DNA of 64,000 bases. Origin: Lepidodermella squamata (Eukaryota > Animalia > Gastrotricha). The notes beneath the pieces were generated by a model. It had not been told where the DNA came from. It worked only from the letters and a program-made list of their open reading frames with translations, and searched no databases. Shown piece after piece: positions 22,369 through 36,900 of this stretch. The stretch spans positions 4,030,001 through 4,094,000 of the forward strand of contig JBLDXI010000007.1 in NCBI GenBank assembly GCA_047495785.1. Reading direction: 5' to 3'. How positions within the stretch are numbered: position 1 is the stretch's first letter; the number at the start of each line of letters is the position of its first letter. Made by a program: the position numbers and the translations under genes.

Positions 22369-24382
22369 AAAACGCCTTCATTTTTGGTGGTAGTATCGAC
22401 TACAATAATAATTCTGAGCTGTTGAAAAATGCACACTTTAACTGTCGAGTTGAATAAAATATCAATAGATAAGAAGCAGCTTTTATTCCGACTACAAAAA
22501 TAATATGTCGTGTTAGTGATTGGAAACACTTAAAATTATCACCTCATCAATCAGTTAAAAATTTGGCTTGCTTGTTTTTGTAAAAAAAAATCATCGCGCT
22601 ATATATAGTATTAATTTTTGAAAACTCCATTATATGCATAAATCGTGCAGTCGATAACAAAAACCGTGTGCGGTGTAAAGAAATTCAGTGATGAGAAACA
22701 CTTTTCTCCGGCAATTGTAACTATCAGTAATCTTATAGTCCTGCTTTTGACATCATATGATTGTGTCGAAGCATTCTTTCTTCTGCATTGAAAAATTGTT
22801 CCCGTTGATGAATGGATATAAAATGAAATTATTGTTATTATTAATATTGAAACAATCGGTAACTACACGTATATCAAAATTATTATTACATAAACTGTCT
22901 TTATTTGCAAATTTGCAGTTTAATTTTCCGTCTTCTTCTTCTTCTTCTTCATTCGAAACAATGCGATTATATGAACCTGAGTTTTACCCGGGTTGTTTTA
23001 GCCGTGTTGAAAATACTAACAGTGCCATCTATCTATGCGCGGCTTTCGCCGTAAAATCATTGTTAATGTCTGATAATATTTTTGGAGTTTGAAAGACATC
23101 AATTTTCTGGTGTAACACCCCCGATAAATATAGCAAAAACAACATAATAAAGTTAGATATTTTGTTGAAAGAACGTGTTTTACAAATGGTTATGTTAGCG
23201 AACTCGCGCGAATTAGCTCATTATACCAGTCTACCCGTTTACCAGTATACCAGAAATATCAGAATAATCAGAGAACGAGAGAACGGACAAAATGAATTCT
23301 CATTTAACAGAATAGAAACATCATTCACATTCGAAAAATTGTCAGAGCCCGAGGTGTTGTAAGGAGTCGCTGAGAGCTTTGGGATTGGAGACGGCCACTC
23401 ACGTGTCGAAACTGTCACAAAACATGACCGAAAACAGTTGCTCTAATGAAGTAGAAATAAGTCTAATAAACAGTTTACCTCTTCACTCTGTTTCATCATG
23501 AATGCTTCGAGTTTCGAGTCAGTTATTTTGGTAACGGCGTTTGGCGTTTCTTTTACAAATTCAAGCGATTCCTTCGGGGACATTGAACTGAGAAGGAAAT
23601 GATTGGTCAATGGTCAATGGTCAATGGTATATACATTCACGGTATATCACGGAAGTACTTATTCTTTTTCTTTCTTTGCATCAGAAGTCCGGATTGCCTT
23701 TTTCCCTTTCCCTGCTGCGTAGGGAATGATGCCTAAAAACTCAGTTCTTTTTCTCAGTTGGCGGTACCTTGCTAACTTTATTATGAGTAAGATCGGCAGT
23801 TGGACAGGCAGTCACCACCTCCTAAAGAATCATTTCTTGAAATAAGTCTTGCCAAGAAGAATAAGAGCACAGCTAGAGATCGCGAACGGTGACAGGCGCG
23901 CTGTTTTTTAGAAATCATACGGCTTGACCTTGCGATATTTTTCAAAATATTGTTAGTGAATTGATGAACCAATAATGTTATTATCTAAATTACAATTTTC
24001 TTAAAAATGAAAATTATTTTGATTGTTCTACGCTGGCAGCCACGTGGTTTGGCGCCGCTTCCAATGCTGCTTCTTGAATGAAAGAAGTTGTTCCGGTAGT
24101 AAGCTTGTTCATTCAGTCTTGCTTTTGATGTTTAGCTTGCGTGTCTTTAACGAGGACCATCGTATTCTTCAATACACTCTATGCTCATGCGTCTTTGTGT
24201 AATCTTTTGTTGATCAGCTGTTGACTAATTCATCTTCATTGACCGCCTCGCTGAGGTCATGTAAACTCGTTTGACCGTTGTGCTCGTTTTGCGCATCTTT
24301 TCATTGAATTGTAAATGCTCCTCGCCTTTCACATTGCCTATAATTTGCTCTAGAATATTTATTTCCTCGCTAATTAATTATC

Positions 24383-25531
24383 ATGTCTTGCTGTGCTGCT
24401 AAAGCCGAGTAAGTTGATTCCCTTCCTAATATTACATTCGACTAAGTTGCTCCTTCATTTAGATGCGACCCGACCAAGGGCACTGGTGAAGTCCTCTGCA
24501 TCGGAAACGCTCTGTTGGACATCACCTTCTTTGCCGACACCGCTTTCCTCGAAGCTCAAGAGCTGAAGCCGAACGATGCTACCACCCTCGACAGCGACCG
24601 CTTCAAGACCATCCTCGCTGGTCTCGAGGGCCGCTTCAACGCCTCTGGCCATGTTCCCGGTGGTAGCGCCCAGAACGTTGCTCGCACCATCCAATGGCTG
24701 CTGCCCTCTGCCCCTGGTGCAGTCACCTACATGGGTGCTATCTGCACTGACCGCATCGGCAACATCTTGGTTGAGAAGGCCCGCCACTCTGGCATCAACG
24801 GTGTCTACGAAACCGTCGACGACCCGACCGGCTGCTGCTTGGTCATGGTTTCCGGCGAGCACAACGAGAACCGCTCGCTCGCTGCCTTCCTTGGCGGAGC
24901 TAAGAAGTTCTCCCTTGAATTCCTGAAGACCAACTGGTCTTACTGCGAGAAGGCGAAGAACTTCTACATCGAAGGCTTCTTCCTGCCAACCTGCTTCGAG
25001 GCGTGCAAGGCCGTTGGCAAGCTCGTCTCTGGCGATGCTAACAAGCGCTTCTTCCTCAACCTGTCCGCTGCTTACATCGCTACTGACTACAAGGACAAGC
25101 TCCTCGAGCTGATCCCCGACGTCGACGTTCTGTTCGGTAACGAGACTGAGTTCGCCGCTTTCGGCCGTGCTATCGGCTGCGGTGAAGATCTGAAAACCGT
25201 TGCCAAGGCTATCGCCACCATGCCCAAGGCCCGTGCTGACAAGCGTGTTGTCATCATCACCCAGGGCGCTGAGCCAGTCATCTACGCTGTTGGCTCGGAA
25301 GAGGTCAAGACGATTGCTGTCCCGAAATTGGCCGAGGACCGCATTGTCGACCGCAATGGAGCTGGCGATGCCTTCGTTGGCGGTTTCATTGCCAACTTCT
25401 CCCGTGGCAAGTCTCTGGACGAGTGTGTTCGTTGCGGTATTGCTACTGCTGAGATCACCATTCAACGTCTCGGCTGCACCTTCCCGACTGAGAAGCCGTG
25501 CATGGACAAGCTCGGCGCTGGTTGCTGTTAA
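24383..25531 (+). CDS. ADK: Adenosine kinase paralog 2; exons 24383-24408, 24463-25531
   Basis: MSCCAAKAE|CDP..IGNALLD, PGGSAQNVAR, NRSL, YIEGFFL, FGNETE, DRNGAGDAF; 54-nt GT-AG intron; AATAAA at about 25693. Confidence 0.9.
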
Positions 25532-26960
25532 ATGACTCAAGATTCAAAAACTTGAATGCTGAGAACTTTCAAATGATGATATATTGTATACTTGTGAGAT
25601 GATGCTCAATTGATGTGATGAAGCTTTCATGGCTCAAATTCGCTACCTCAAGAGCGTAAATTATCTCAAATCCAGTGATATAATCTCGCTGCAATAAAAG
25701 CATGTAACACTTCATTTATTTGTCTCTTATTAAAGAAGATTTGAATTACGAGTGTCAAGCTCCGAAAAACCGAGAAGCCGTGCCTAAAAAACTCAGCACT
25801 GGTTGATGTCAATTTACGTAGCGTCATTAACTGTTGTCAAAGTTTTTGAAGGAGGCGAAGGCAGGCGATCACATACAACTTCTGTTATTACCATGAATGG
25901 ATGATTCCCAATCGAGGCTATTCGTGTATATCGTACTTGGTTCAGGCTGATAATTGAAGGACAAAACCGTAGCGTGATCTTATTTCAGACACTTTATACT
26001 TCGAACTTAAATTTCTCCTCATTCCTGGTACATAGATATAAACACCCGTTCATACGCAAACAACAGCCCGGCGTTGTTTCTTCAAAATTATTGAACATTC
26101 CGGAAACTTTTCTTCTTGGCCGCGTTTGCTGGAATGAAGCAAAAAAGAATGCCCATGTCATGCGCATTATGAGGAAAACTAAAGACTAGTACCCACAGGG
26201 TGGTTCGAAACTGTCGTAGCTGCGATTCTAAACGACTGAACCGCAGCGAACGTTTTCAGTTGTTGGTCAAACGGTTTTCAACTGCGCGATTCAATCGATT
26301 CGGAAATTCAAAGGGTTTTGAAATAATTTTCTCCCGTGGTCGAGCCAGAGAGAGGCCGGTCCGTTACGAATTATCACGTGTTCCTGCCAACACGTGCGTT
26401 GATGCGCCGTATTTGTTGTCCAGCCACAATGAATTTTTGGTAGCGCGAGACTGAATTCCATGGAGGAATAGAAACATTTCTGAATTCTGAATTCAGTTAA
26501 TGATTATCCCTGTCTAAAATTTTCGGTTTACTTTTACGAAAAAATCCGGAACTTTCGATTATACCAATTCTGTCAATGGAAATTTCATAACATTTAATTT
26601 TCGCTTCTGCGCTCCAATATTACCACATTTCCTTTGATCTTATCTATTAACTTTAATTTTTGGCCGCATTTAATTCTTATTTTCCCACTGCGTACCGTAG
26701 AGGAGGGTAATTTTGGTAATTTTGGACCTGAAAATGGCCGGCCTTCTGGCTTTCCTTCTTCAATCGATGTTTTGGTGATTTTTCTCATGATTTTTCTAAG
26801 AGATGTCGGGAGAGAGTCCATTTGGGACCCGCTTTCTTCGTTCTGAAACTGAAGTCGGTTTGACCTGAGCTTTCGCCCAGGCTCCAAATGTTCGCAAAAA
26901 TTCCATTTCTCTGATATTTTTTGCGAAAATGTTACGCCATCTATTTCAATTTATTTAACA

Positions 26961-27347
26961 CAGCATGTCCCAGAAGCTGCGAAACTATTTATTAATTTGG
27001 CAAATCTTTGTAGGAAATTCAACTAATTAAATTAAATTAAACCTACTGAGAGAACATTCCATCTTTTATCTGCGATTTAACCGAATAAATGAAAAATTTA
27101 CCGGGGAAAACCCGGAAAACCCCGATGGTAACTGGTTCGGTAATAGTCAGTATTTTACCCGGTTCGACCAAATTTCTCCGGACTTATTTAATCTCATCAA
27201 CAAGTGATACACTTGATTACTATTCTCGTGATTTTTGAATTTTCCAAAACTTTTCTGGCCATGAGATGTGACTTCGTCTCTCAGTTTAGACTTACTGAAC
27301 CCTTTTCCGTGTATTTTCTTTGCTTGCGTTACTCATGGGACACGCTG
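26961..27347. mobile_element. Tc1/mariner-like MITE (about 380 bp)
   Basis: TIR CAGC(G/A)TGTCCC...GGGACACGCTG followed by TA; related copies at about 19605, 36550-36900, 39878-40218, 44491-44868 and 46040-46640 (partial). Confidence 0.75.
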
Positions 27348-27967
27348 TATATTTTTCCGAAATTTTTCCGAAGGGTATATAGGGTTCGATAGAATAAAAA
27401 TAGTTTTATTCAGCCTCTTCTATAGACTGTCGTCATTTACCGTTTTTGAAGGGTTTTGAAGGGCGAAGGCAGGCAGAGAGTATTCCTTACCTTTTCCAAA
27501 AAACTTATAGTTTTCAATCGAGTCAAAACGCGCCATTCATCTTTTTCAAAAGAAACCAGTTAAAAATCAGGAATAATTTTAATTTCAAACTCCTTTTCGC
27601 CATATAAAAATGTACACAAATTTACAGAATGTTATGAGCGGAAATTCTCTCGAATTAAAAAAAAACACGGTTTTGTCCAAAATTGCCAATCTACTATATT
27701 AGGTAACTAAATTGAATTTTATAAAATTGTCGAAAAAAAACGGATTTTGTTTGGAAATAAGCCCTTATAAATTCTGTTTGAAATGATTTTTCGCTTTATT
27801 TCCAAACGCCTTCTCCGGAAATTTTCCCGTTTTTTCCTGGGCTTGTAATCGCCTTTATTTTCTTGTCAATTGTCAGGTTTCCTCCTTGTTTAACATATTA
27901 GGTATTAGGCTATTCACAACTCATCTGCTTTATAAACAAATCCGACTTGGCTTGAGGCGAAACTTCA

Positions 27968-30900
27968 ATGTCTATCAACTGGATGATTGCATGTGCAGCT
28001 GTCGTCATTTCGACAGTACTAAAGCCATCACTCGCAACGTGGGTGCGCTGCTTCTCGCAATTCGACGATTCCTTCGACCAGATTTGCCGCCGAGACCGCG
28101 TCGGCTGTGACATTCTAGAAAGCTACAAAGTAATATTTTCAACTTCATAATTTTCCAGAAATTTGCCTGATTTGAAAATTGGCAGCGGGGCAATAAACTT
28201 AAACATCTAGCTATGTATTTCGATTAGTCATATGGAAATTCATGAATAATTTCTGATATTAAATGCAGAATTTCTGCCGACAAATCTGATATGTACGCGA
28301 TTTTCGCTGATCGCTGATACGGCCCTGATTTTATGGTCAATTTTAGGTTAGGGTCGGGGTTAGGGTTTGAGGCAAGCGTGTTTCGGGGTCCGAAATGACT
28401 AATATATGGCCAAAAATTGCGCCATTTGTAGAAGCAACAAAATTCGCGTCCATGTACGAGCATCGCTCAGCAAAATCGAAGAAGCAAATTTTGAGCTTAT
28501 TCGCAAATTACCGTTTATTAATGGGACGAATTCGCGCTAATCTGCGTGTATTAGCTTGTGAATATTTCAAAAGGTGGTCGCCAATGTTTACGATACTAAT
28601 GTGTACAATTTTTGAGATAACACATTGAATTTGTTACTGCAGATCAGAAGTTGGGTGAAATTAGAACCCTGAAATTATTAGTCTCGTGGGTACATCTCTA
28701 AGGGAACTATGTATGTAGAGGGGTAAATGATGAGTCGGTTTTAGGCTCATCCCGGAAGGTGTGTTGATCCCAGCACGTCAGATTTGTCGGCACAACTTCT
28801 GCATAATTAGGCGGATCTTCCCTTGAATTCTCCAGTCTCTGTAAGCTACCGTTAAAATTCAGCATCGAATTCAAAATCAGCGAAAAATCAGCTGAAAATA
28901 TGTACGAATTGCCAAAATCGCGTACATATGTATGGCTCTGTGTGTTGCGCCCGCGGAATTCTTAAAATCGCCGCGGTGGTGCGCTGCGGAATAATGCGCG
29001 AGTGCGCGCGATTGTTTACCTTTCTGCTTAATAGTGTGCAAAGGTGCGGTGTTAAGACTTTTGACGCGGAAACCACTATTCGCGCCGCGGAAAAATTAAA
29101 AAATAGACGCGGAAAGTAGCGATGAATCCGCGGAATTAAATCCATTAATCAGAATAACTTGGCGGCTGGTTTTTTTTGCAAAAATCATCCACTGGCCACA
29201 GAACCACTTCGTCACGTTAGCTAAACGCGGCTGATAGCAAACCGCTAGCACCTAGCGACTGGTATTAAAGCTCTATAATGGGCTAACTTTTTCGCGCAAT
29301 GTCGGCCAGATATGCCGTAAAAGGGATGTTCGCTATCGGTGCGCATGAACTGGGTGTTCGGCGGCTGCGTACCTATGGGACTCGAAATGAGTTTATACCG
29401 GACTGCGCACGAGGGTGGCTATAGTAAAACCGAAACAACCGCCCATTGCTAGCTCCTAGCACCTAATCGGGGTGGTTCGATAACCACTGAGACTGAGCCG
29501 AGCCATTTTACGACCCGTGTTACTCAGCTCTTTCCAAACGCTGGACGCTATTCCCCCGCCGACCCATTACAACATGTAGCAGTCAATTTCTTGAAAAACC
29601 GCGTTCGAATGAACCCTCTCCGTGCGCAGTTGTCACATTTTTATTGCCCTTATTGCAGGTCTGCAAGGCGCTCGCTCTCAAAAGCGGTGTTAATCCGCTA
29701 ATCCCTAATCCGCGTCTCAAGAGTTCCGCCCCTCTTCGCCGCCCTAGCCCTCTGTATTGCGCTGTTGACGTGACTCGCTACCTCAGGACACCGGGCTGTG
29801 TAAACAGCTTTGGTCAATTTTGCCGATTGTTGTCGATTTCGTTGAAGTTTTTCGAAAGTTTTTCGAAAGTTTTCACACGGCGCGCAAAAACTTGCAAAAA
29901 CTTGTCAATATCATCCATATCACATATCATCCCACTGGCTGAATTCGCTCATTTTTACGGTACCAAGAGCAACGGATATCGCTAGCGGCGCTTTGGTGGT
30001 GAAGATGTTTTACCGCCTTCTTTACCTGCGTATTACCTGACTCAGCGGCAACGGGTCAAGTCGACCCGCCGGTCACCAGTCACCTGTTGGGTCAGGTCAC
30101 CGGTCTGGTACTAGTCGTGAGACCATGAGACGTACCAGGACGCCGAGGCTTGATAAAAGGGGCAAAAACATCAGCTCGTGCCTCAAATCAATGCGACGAG
30201 CTCATGAATAATCCGTTTCGCTTTACACAGATTTTATTATAGGAGATTCGAAGCCTCGGCGTCCTGGCACGTCTCATGTTCGCGGCCGGTCAGCCGCTGC
30301 CGATTGACCGGTTTTCAACCGAAATATGTCACAAAACTCAGAAATTTTATAAATCGCGTCTTTTGTTTACTATTAGCGTCTTTTGACCGCGCGCACTCAC
30401 CGATTTCAGCGGGAAGCGATTAAATAAGCGCGGCGGATTAACATTTTGACCGCGCCTTCACAAATTCGCGGCGCGCGCACAAATTCCGCGTCCTTTTACA
30501 CATTTCAGCGTCGTGTTTACTTTGGGCGCATATGTATTTACGAATAGCCTCACTCCTAAACAAAATTAAAAAGAAATTGAAATTGAGCAACAGTTATTTT
30601 TGCTCAAGTCAAACCTGAATTGTCGAATTTTTATACTTGTTTCAGCTATCAGGCAGAGTTTACACGAACAAAACTTCGTGCATATTTGGGGTAAAACGCT
30701 TTCATCTCGCTGAATTTCTCGAGTCCTCCCTATTGGTTTGTTCAAACCCAGACTGCTCACAGCTGCTACAACCCGAAAACGCTGACCATTCGCTGTTTAC
30801 CTGGCGACATCTCTTGCCCGGCCGATTTCATTGAGGTATCATGGTAGCATTATAAATAATTTTATGTGTCTGTTTTTATTTCCGTATTCATGTTAAAGGT

Positions 30901-33900
30901 CGAGCGATTCAGGGGATTCGATTTGCTGCGAAATAGCCTGGCGGATTGCGAGAACTCGTCGAACGTACTGGTTTTTTAATTACATCATTTAGAGGGCTAG
31001 GAGCTGGGAAAGTGCCCAACCGTGGTACAATAGTAAAACCGAAAAAATGCTAGCAAGTTAGAAGATATGCATAATCGATCAACACAAGAAATTCTATCAT
31101 CCGAAATTACCCCGAAAATCGGATGGTTAAATATACATGGTGAAAACTTCCAAAATTAATCATTTCCATTTTCTCAGGTGAAAAAACAGTATATTGAAGC
31201 CCAAAGGAGTAGCCAGGATTTATTTTTGGGAGGTGATACTTTTTTTACCTGCGGCTTCAAAAATGTTGCGGTCGAAAAAACACTTAAAGGCCTACAGGGT
31301 GGCCAAAAAATTCCGCAGAAGGCGAATTCGATGCGCATCAATTTAATGAGGACTTTTAAGAAGTTGGAGAATTTCAAGCATTCTTTTGCCAATGGAACTC
31401 CTAAATTTCTTGAAACTCTTCATTAAAATGATGCGCATAGAATTCGCCTTCTGCGGAATTTTTTGGCCACCCTGTATTTGCGAGCGCGAGCAAAGCGAGC
31501 TTTAGCTTACGCTTTTGTCTTCGCCACCGTTGATGCCATTTTGCGTTGAGTACTGAGACAGGATGGTTTGACACTTTTAACATCCCTGGACGTGTTTACA
31601 CAGGAACTGAGGTATCAACGCTGTCTAAATGGTTCGAACTATGCTGCCTGCATGCCTACGTCGTTGCAATGTCCGTACGGAACGGTTGGTGGAGACAATC
31701 ATTATAATTGATTTTGCTTCTTTAGCTTTTTTGGCTGAAGCTTTAGGATTTTTGGTCAATACTAAAGTAAACGAAAGTTTAATTTTTGCTGTCTGACTCA
31801 TCGCAGGTTCCATCTCGCTCATATCGAACTCTTTCCATGTGTGCCGCCTCCTACCGTACCTTCAACTGACACTTTACAATTTATAATATAACTGGACTTG
31901 TGTGATTGCAATAGAAACGCGTCCCGTCGACAATGAGCCACACATTCGCTGTTTCAACAGGCAATCTAGTGCCTTCCTAGGCTGTCGGTTAGCGTCTAGC
32001 GGCTGCTCGAAGACTTCCAACGAAACTTCGGTACAACTATTTGTTAAGAAACTGTCAATTTCTTGAACTTTGTTATTGCTTCAGGGAATCAGTCCTAGGT
32101 CATACATTGATCGGGCACACTGTGAAAAATGGGTGAGATTTATTACTTGTATCTTATGAAGGGGAAGCAATAGCTGGCGCAATTACCAGTGTGGTGTTGG
32201 GAATCCGTATATCTGGATCTTTTTCAGAATGCAGCTGCTTGCCGGAAGGACGGCCGTGTTCAGTGCAGAAACAGGTGTCCAAGTGGTTGGAGTCTCGTGC
32301 GTACCATCATGTCAGTGTATTACTTGTTAATATCACTTTGCATCGCTAGGTCAAAGTTTTTCAAGCAACGCCGTCTTCGTTCGCAGCAGCCTATGCCGAG
32401 TGCTTGAGCTACGCAGCCGCGGTTAATCCGCGGGTAAAATTAAAGCATTGGATCAGCCGAGTCGCCCAATTTTAATTATTAATTTTTTCGTTTCGCATAG
32501 ATTCGCTTCAAGCAGTGCCTCGATCCTGTCACTTTCAATTTGGTTACTTGCGTTCGCACGATCGACAACTGCCCTGCTTCGTCTGTGAGTTGGCCAACAA
32601 TCCGTGTTCGCAAACGTTATTCTTTCCCTTAGACAAACGAATTTTCAGTTGACATCGATTTCACGACTTACGACGAATGTATCTCTGGTGAGCGTTCAGA
32701 CTTCAAACTTCCCTAAATAGGGATGTATATTATTAGCGACACTGTAAATGTTTAGATTATTCTCTGGTTAACTGAATTGGGTTAGATGGGCTGTGAAACT
32801 ATTTCGTTCACATCGAGGAAGATCTCGCACTTCGGAAAAAGTCCGAAAGTACACCGCAACGGTAAGTGTGAGAATCATGGAAAAATACGGCCAGCCAACC
32901 GTGCTCGGCTGTACTGTATTAAAAAACACTGAAGTGCGAGTTCTTCCGCGACGTGAACGAATTTGGTAAGCTCATAAAAATATTATGAAATGGCTTATAG
33001 AATTAGTAGTGAAAATGATTCGATCTACAGCTCTCATCGACTCGGAAATACAAAATCTTGGCGAACCCATGTGTATCAGCGAAATTCGGTACGTCGCAAT
33101 GACGTCCTGGAAAAGGAAATCAGTGTTGAAAAGCCCGAATGATCACGGGTTTTCCTGGCTAAATAATATCCCCGAATCCAACTTCGACTTCGAAAGTTGT
33201 TAATATCTCCGGCCACGGAGCTCCTTTTAAAATATTTTCATTTGCTAATAAAATTCGGCGGAACTAGGTTTAGGCTAAAATTTACTGTCGGATTTTGAAG
33301 TCACATCGTAATTTCAGATTAAATTATGGTATCTTATAAATCCTAGCCGGCATTCTTTTACAGCGTCGAAGCCTGCCAACTACCCACACATTCGTTGCTT
33401 CAAAAACGAATCACCATTCGAGTTTACGGGCTGTGTGGCTTCACCCGGCCAATGCCAAGCAGGACAGTCGAACGTGAAGCTTTTATTTTGCCAAGAACAT
33501 GATTCAACTCAAGGCTTTTGTTCTCTAGGCGATTGACAACAAAGTCTACAGTACGCTGGGCTTCTGCATGGCCGGCGTAAGTTTCACTAACTTGGTAAAC
33601 AAATTATCTTGATCGACCAATATTTTTGTATACAATTTGTATGAAATATGACGTTTATAAAATAACGGCCTTGTTATTCGGTATTTATGATTTATTAATA
33701 TTGGACTCGTTCAATTTTTCCTAGGATGTGCTCTACTGTATTCCGCCAAATCCCCCTAATGCAAATGCAACAGTCGGCTTCTGTCGAGCCGCGAGAGATG
33801 TCAATAGCACATGCCCGGACGGTCTTCGCTTATATCAACGATATCCTACCGGAAAAAAAATTCGTGAAACCGATGATGATCAGCCAATAGGAACGACATA

Positions 33901-36900
33901 TGATTACCCTGATAGCGGTTCATTCGGCGATCACTATGCTCAATGCCTCGAAAATCTGGTGAGTCCAAGTGATGCTAATAATTTAAGGCAGCGATTTTCT
34001 GACGACTCTTTTAGGGGCCGAGTGTAATTTGTTTGACCTCGCTGCAGCGCAAATTGGCGTTTTGTCAGAGCTCTGCTGGTGATAGCTGTGGAAATGAAGT
34101 ATTTCTGCACCGTATAGAATCACTACATCTGCATCTTTCTAAGAATCTATCAAACCAGTGGAAGCCACCGGCCCGTAGATGGCTAACCCTCCAAAAATGC
34201 TTTAGTATCTTGTCCAGGATTTTTAGGATTTCATTTTGTGTTTAACGCTAACTATCAAAATTTGGGAGATTGTATCGTAATCACCGTCGAAAGTGCATAT
34301 CTATTCGAAGAAATAATAATTGGTTTTTTTCATGCAGATTATGGGGAATGACCCTTTTTGGTTGATGTCAGAATCACATCTTAGCTAACATGCAAGACGG
34401 CGCACCTTTTAAATTCAATTTCCTCTCGTAGGCTGACAACTTCCCAGTCTAGCTTAGGTTTAAATACGACAGTGTGCTGTGTGAGGTAGTGTAACAGAAG
34501 TTCGAAGTTTTTTCGTGATTATGCTCTAACTTCAACTGATCTTCTTTGAAAGAAACTTGCCGATTGGGTTGTTTACGACAATCAATACCAGTGTATCTAC
34601 GGTTGGTTTCGAAGTCAGTTCCTAAAATCTGATTTATCGGTTGAATTTCTTTGAGAAGCACCCGCGGCTAACCTGCCTCACATTCGATGCTTCACGAACA
34701 ATACGGTTCAATGCATCCGCGACATACGCTCTTGCTCTGTTAGTATTTGATCGCCATCAACCTTTTTATTTTCATGGTTTCCTTTTTGCATATAGACTAT
34801 TTTCGATGCTACATGGATAAACACACTGGAACTGTGCAACACAGCAGTGAGTGATTAATTTTTCTATAATTATTTCTTTATTTTCTATAATAAATTTAAT
34901 AATTTGCAGATATTATAATTTTGACGTAAATTTTATCGAAAATTTCAGTTTATGAATAACTTATTAAAAATGCGGCTTGGAAAGATCAAAGGCCGATTAT
35001 TGATGCGATTAGGAATCGCGACCTAGAATTGCAGATTATAGTGATTGCACAGCGAATCGCAATCAATTCTATGTTATAATATGGAGAAGAATGATAATAC
35101 ATAAACGAGAAATATGCTTATTAGGCACAACAAACAACAACCATAGAGCTAGTTTTAAGATAGAGGTCCTACTCCTGACTAAGGCTGTAAACGCCATGGG
35201 CACCAGACGTTGTGATGAATCAGCATCGAGTGGTTGGAAAAGTAAACAAATCAGGTGATTTTTCGATTCCGGATATCGCATTCATGGCAATTTCCCCGAG
35301 GAAAAGTTTGGTGGTACCTGAGAGCGCTTTAAATGGTGAACACCACTATATTTTTTTCGAAATTTTCAGAGCAAACTAAAGCAGTGAAATCAAGAAAAAC
35401 AATTTGTTGATTTCAAATAAATTTACTTTAACTAATAATTAAATCGAAATTGAAGCGTATTTTGAATGAACCAGGTAATTCATATCAAGCTCTACATTTT
35501 GATGCTTGGAGCGAGCTTGGAAGATTTTTTCCTGATTTTCTAGAATTTTATAAATTATTCTGGTTGGTTTTTTACATTATAAAGATCGAGACTGCCCGTT
35601 GGATTCAATCCAGAATCTTTGTTGACAGCATGTGCGCCACATGCACAAGGTGTGGCTGAATTCAGTCCAGAGCTGGTACAGAGTTCGAATGTAGTGGAAA
35701 ACCATTCATTCAATAGATAAAAAAATTCCAGAAAATCAGAAAAAATTTGTCCAAGCTCGCTCCAAGCATCAAAATGTAGTGCTTGATAAGAATTACCAGG
35801 TCCATTTAAAATACGTTTCAATTTCGCTGCCAAAATGGCAGTTGTCATGTTTTATTAATCGATCGATTTCCTTTTTATGCGACTTTCCCCATTTTAAAAA
35901 TCATTAAAATTTCGCAAAAATAATCAATGTGTTCGTCCTTTCAAGGGCTATCTCGAACCGCCGGAAGTGATTGATTGTGATGAATCGTTCAAGAATAATG
36001 AGCGATCGATAATCACCTGATTTGTTTACTTTTCCAACCACTCGATGCTGATTCATCACAACATCTGGCGCCCATGGCGTTTACAGGCTTTCGTCGTTTT
36101 TACACGACGGAGGGGTACGGAGGCATTCGTTAATTCCATCTGTTGCTATCATCCATTTAGCGGCTCTGTTAAGACAAATTTTGATTACGCAACTAAAGAG
36201 TTTCAGAAAATTGAATCTTGATTTTTTCCGAAGCGTCAAGAAAGCAATTTCAAAAAGAAATTTTAAATTATATTTTCTTCTTAATTGGTACTCTGAAGTT
36301 ATTTTTACTAGTAGCCTCAATTATTTTATTCGAATATTTCGACTCGTTGAATTTTTTCGATAGGTAATTGTATTTTTGATTAAATTTACAAATTTTGCCA
36401 TTTGCCAGTCGAAAATTTGATCAGCAAAAGATTAATCGCCTATCAACCCGAACGTCGAAAATTGTTTACAATTGGTTCAGCTGATTTAGATGGCCATCGA
36501 TTGAGAATTTCGTCCTATTTTTCTAAAAAAATCCGTAACATACAAAAAAATACGTGTCCCGGAATTTACGCAAACATTTTTTAATTTTGCAAGTTTTTGG
36601 ACGTAATTTTGGAAAGAAATCCAAGGAGAATATTCAATCTTTCATCCGCGATTTTACCGAATAAATTAAAAAATTTAGCGGAGAAAACCCGGAATACTCC
36701 GATTTTAACTGCTTCGGTAATTTTCACTAAGGTATTTTACCCGGTTGGACCCCTTTCATACCCTTTCACGCCCTTTGACAAATGACATACTTGCTTACTA
36801 TTCTCATGACATTTTGAATTTTTCTTAAATTTTTTCAGCCCATGAGATTTACCTCGCATTTTAGATATTCGTCAACTATTTCCCCTGTGTTTCTATGTTT

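Noticed and set aside
13810-22529. Overlapping alternative-frame ORFs on WIPI and ADK1 exons
   Set aside because: By-products of very high GC3; the conserved frame explains the sequence.
24455-25540. 361-aa minus-strand ORF
   Set aside because: Exact antisense shadow of ADK2 caused by biased codon use; no independent motifs.
26178-26220. Hammerhead-like CTAAAGA...GAAACTGTC
   Set aside because: Core G5 is mutated and the paralogous copy at about 43725 does not keep the motif.
28340-28370. TTAGGG-like repeats
   Set aside because: Only 2-3 degenerate units inside an intron; not a telomeric array.
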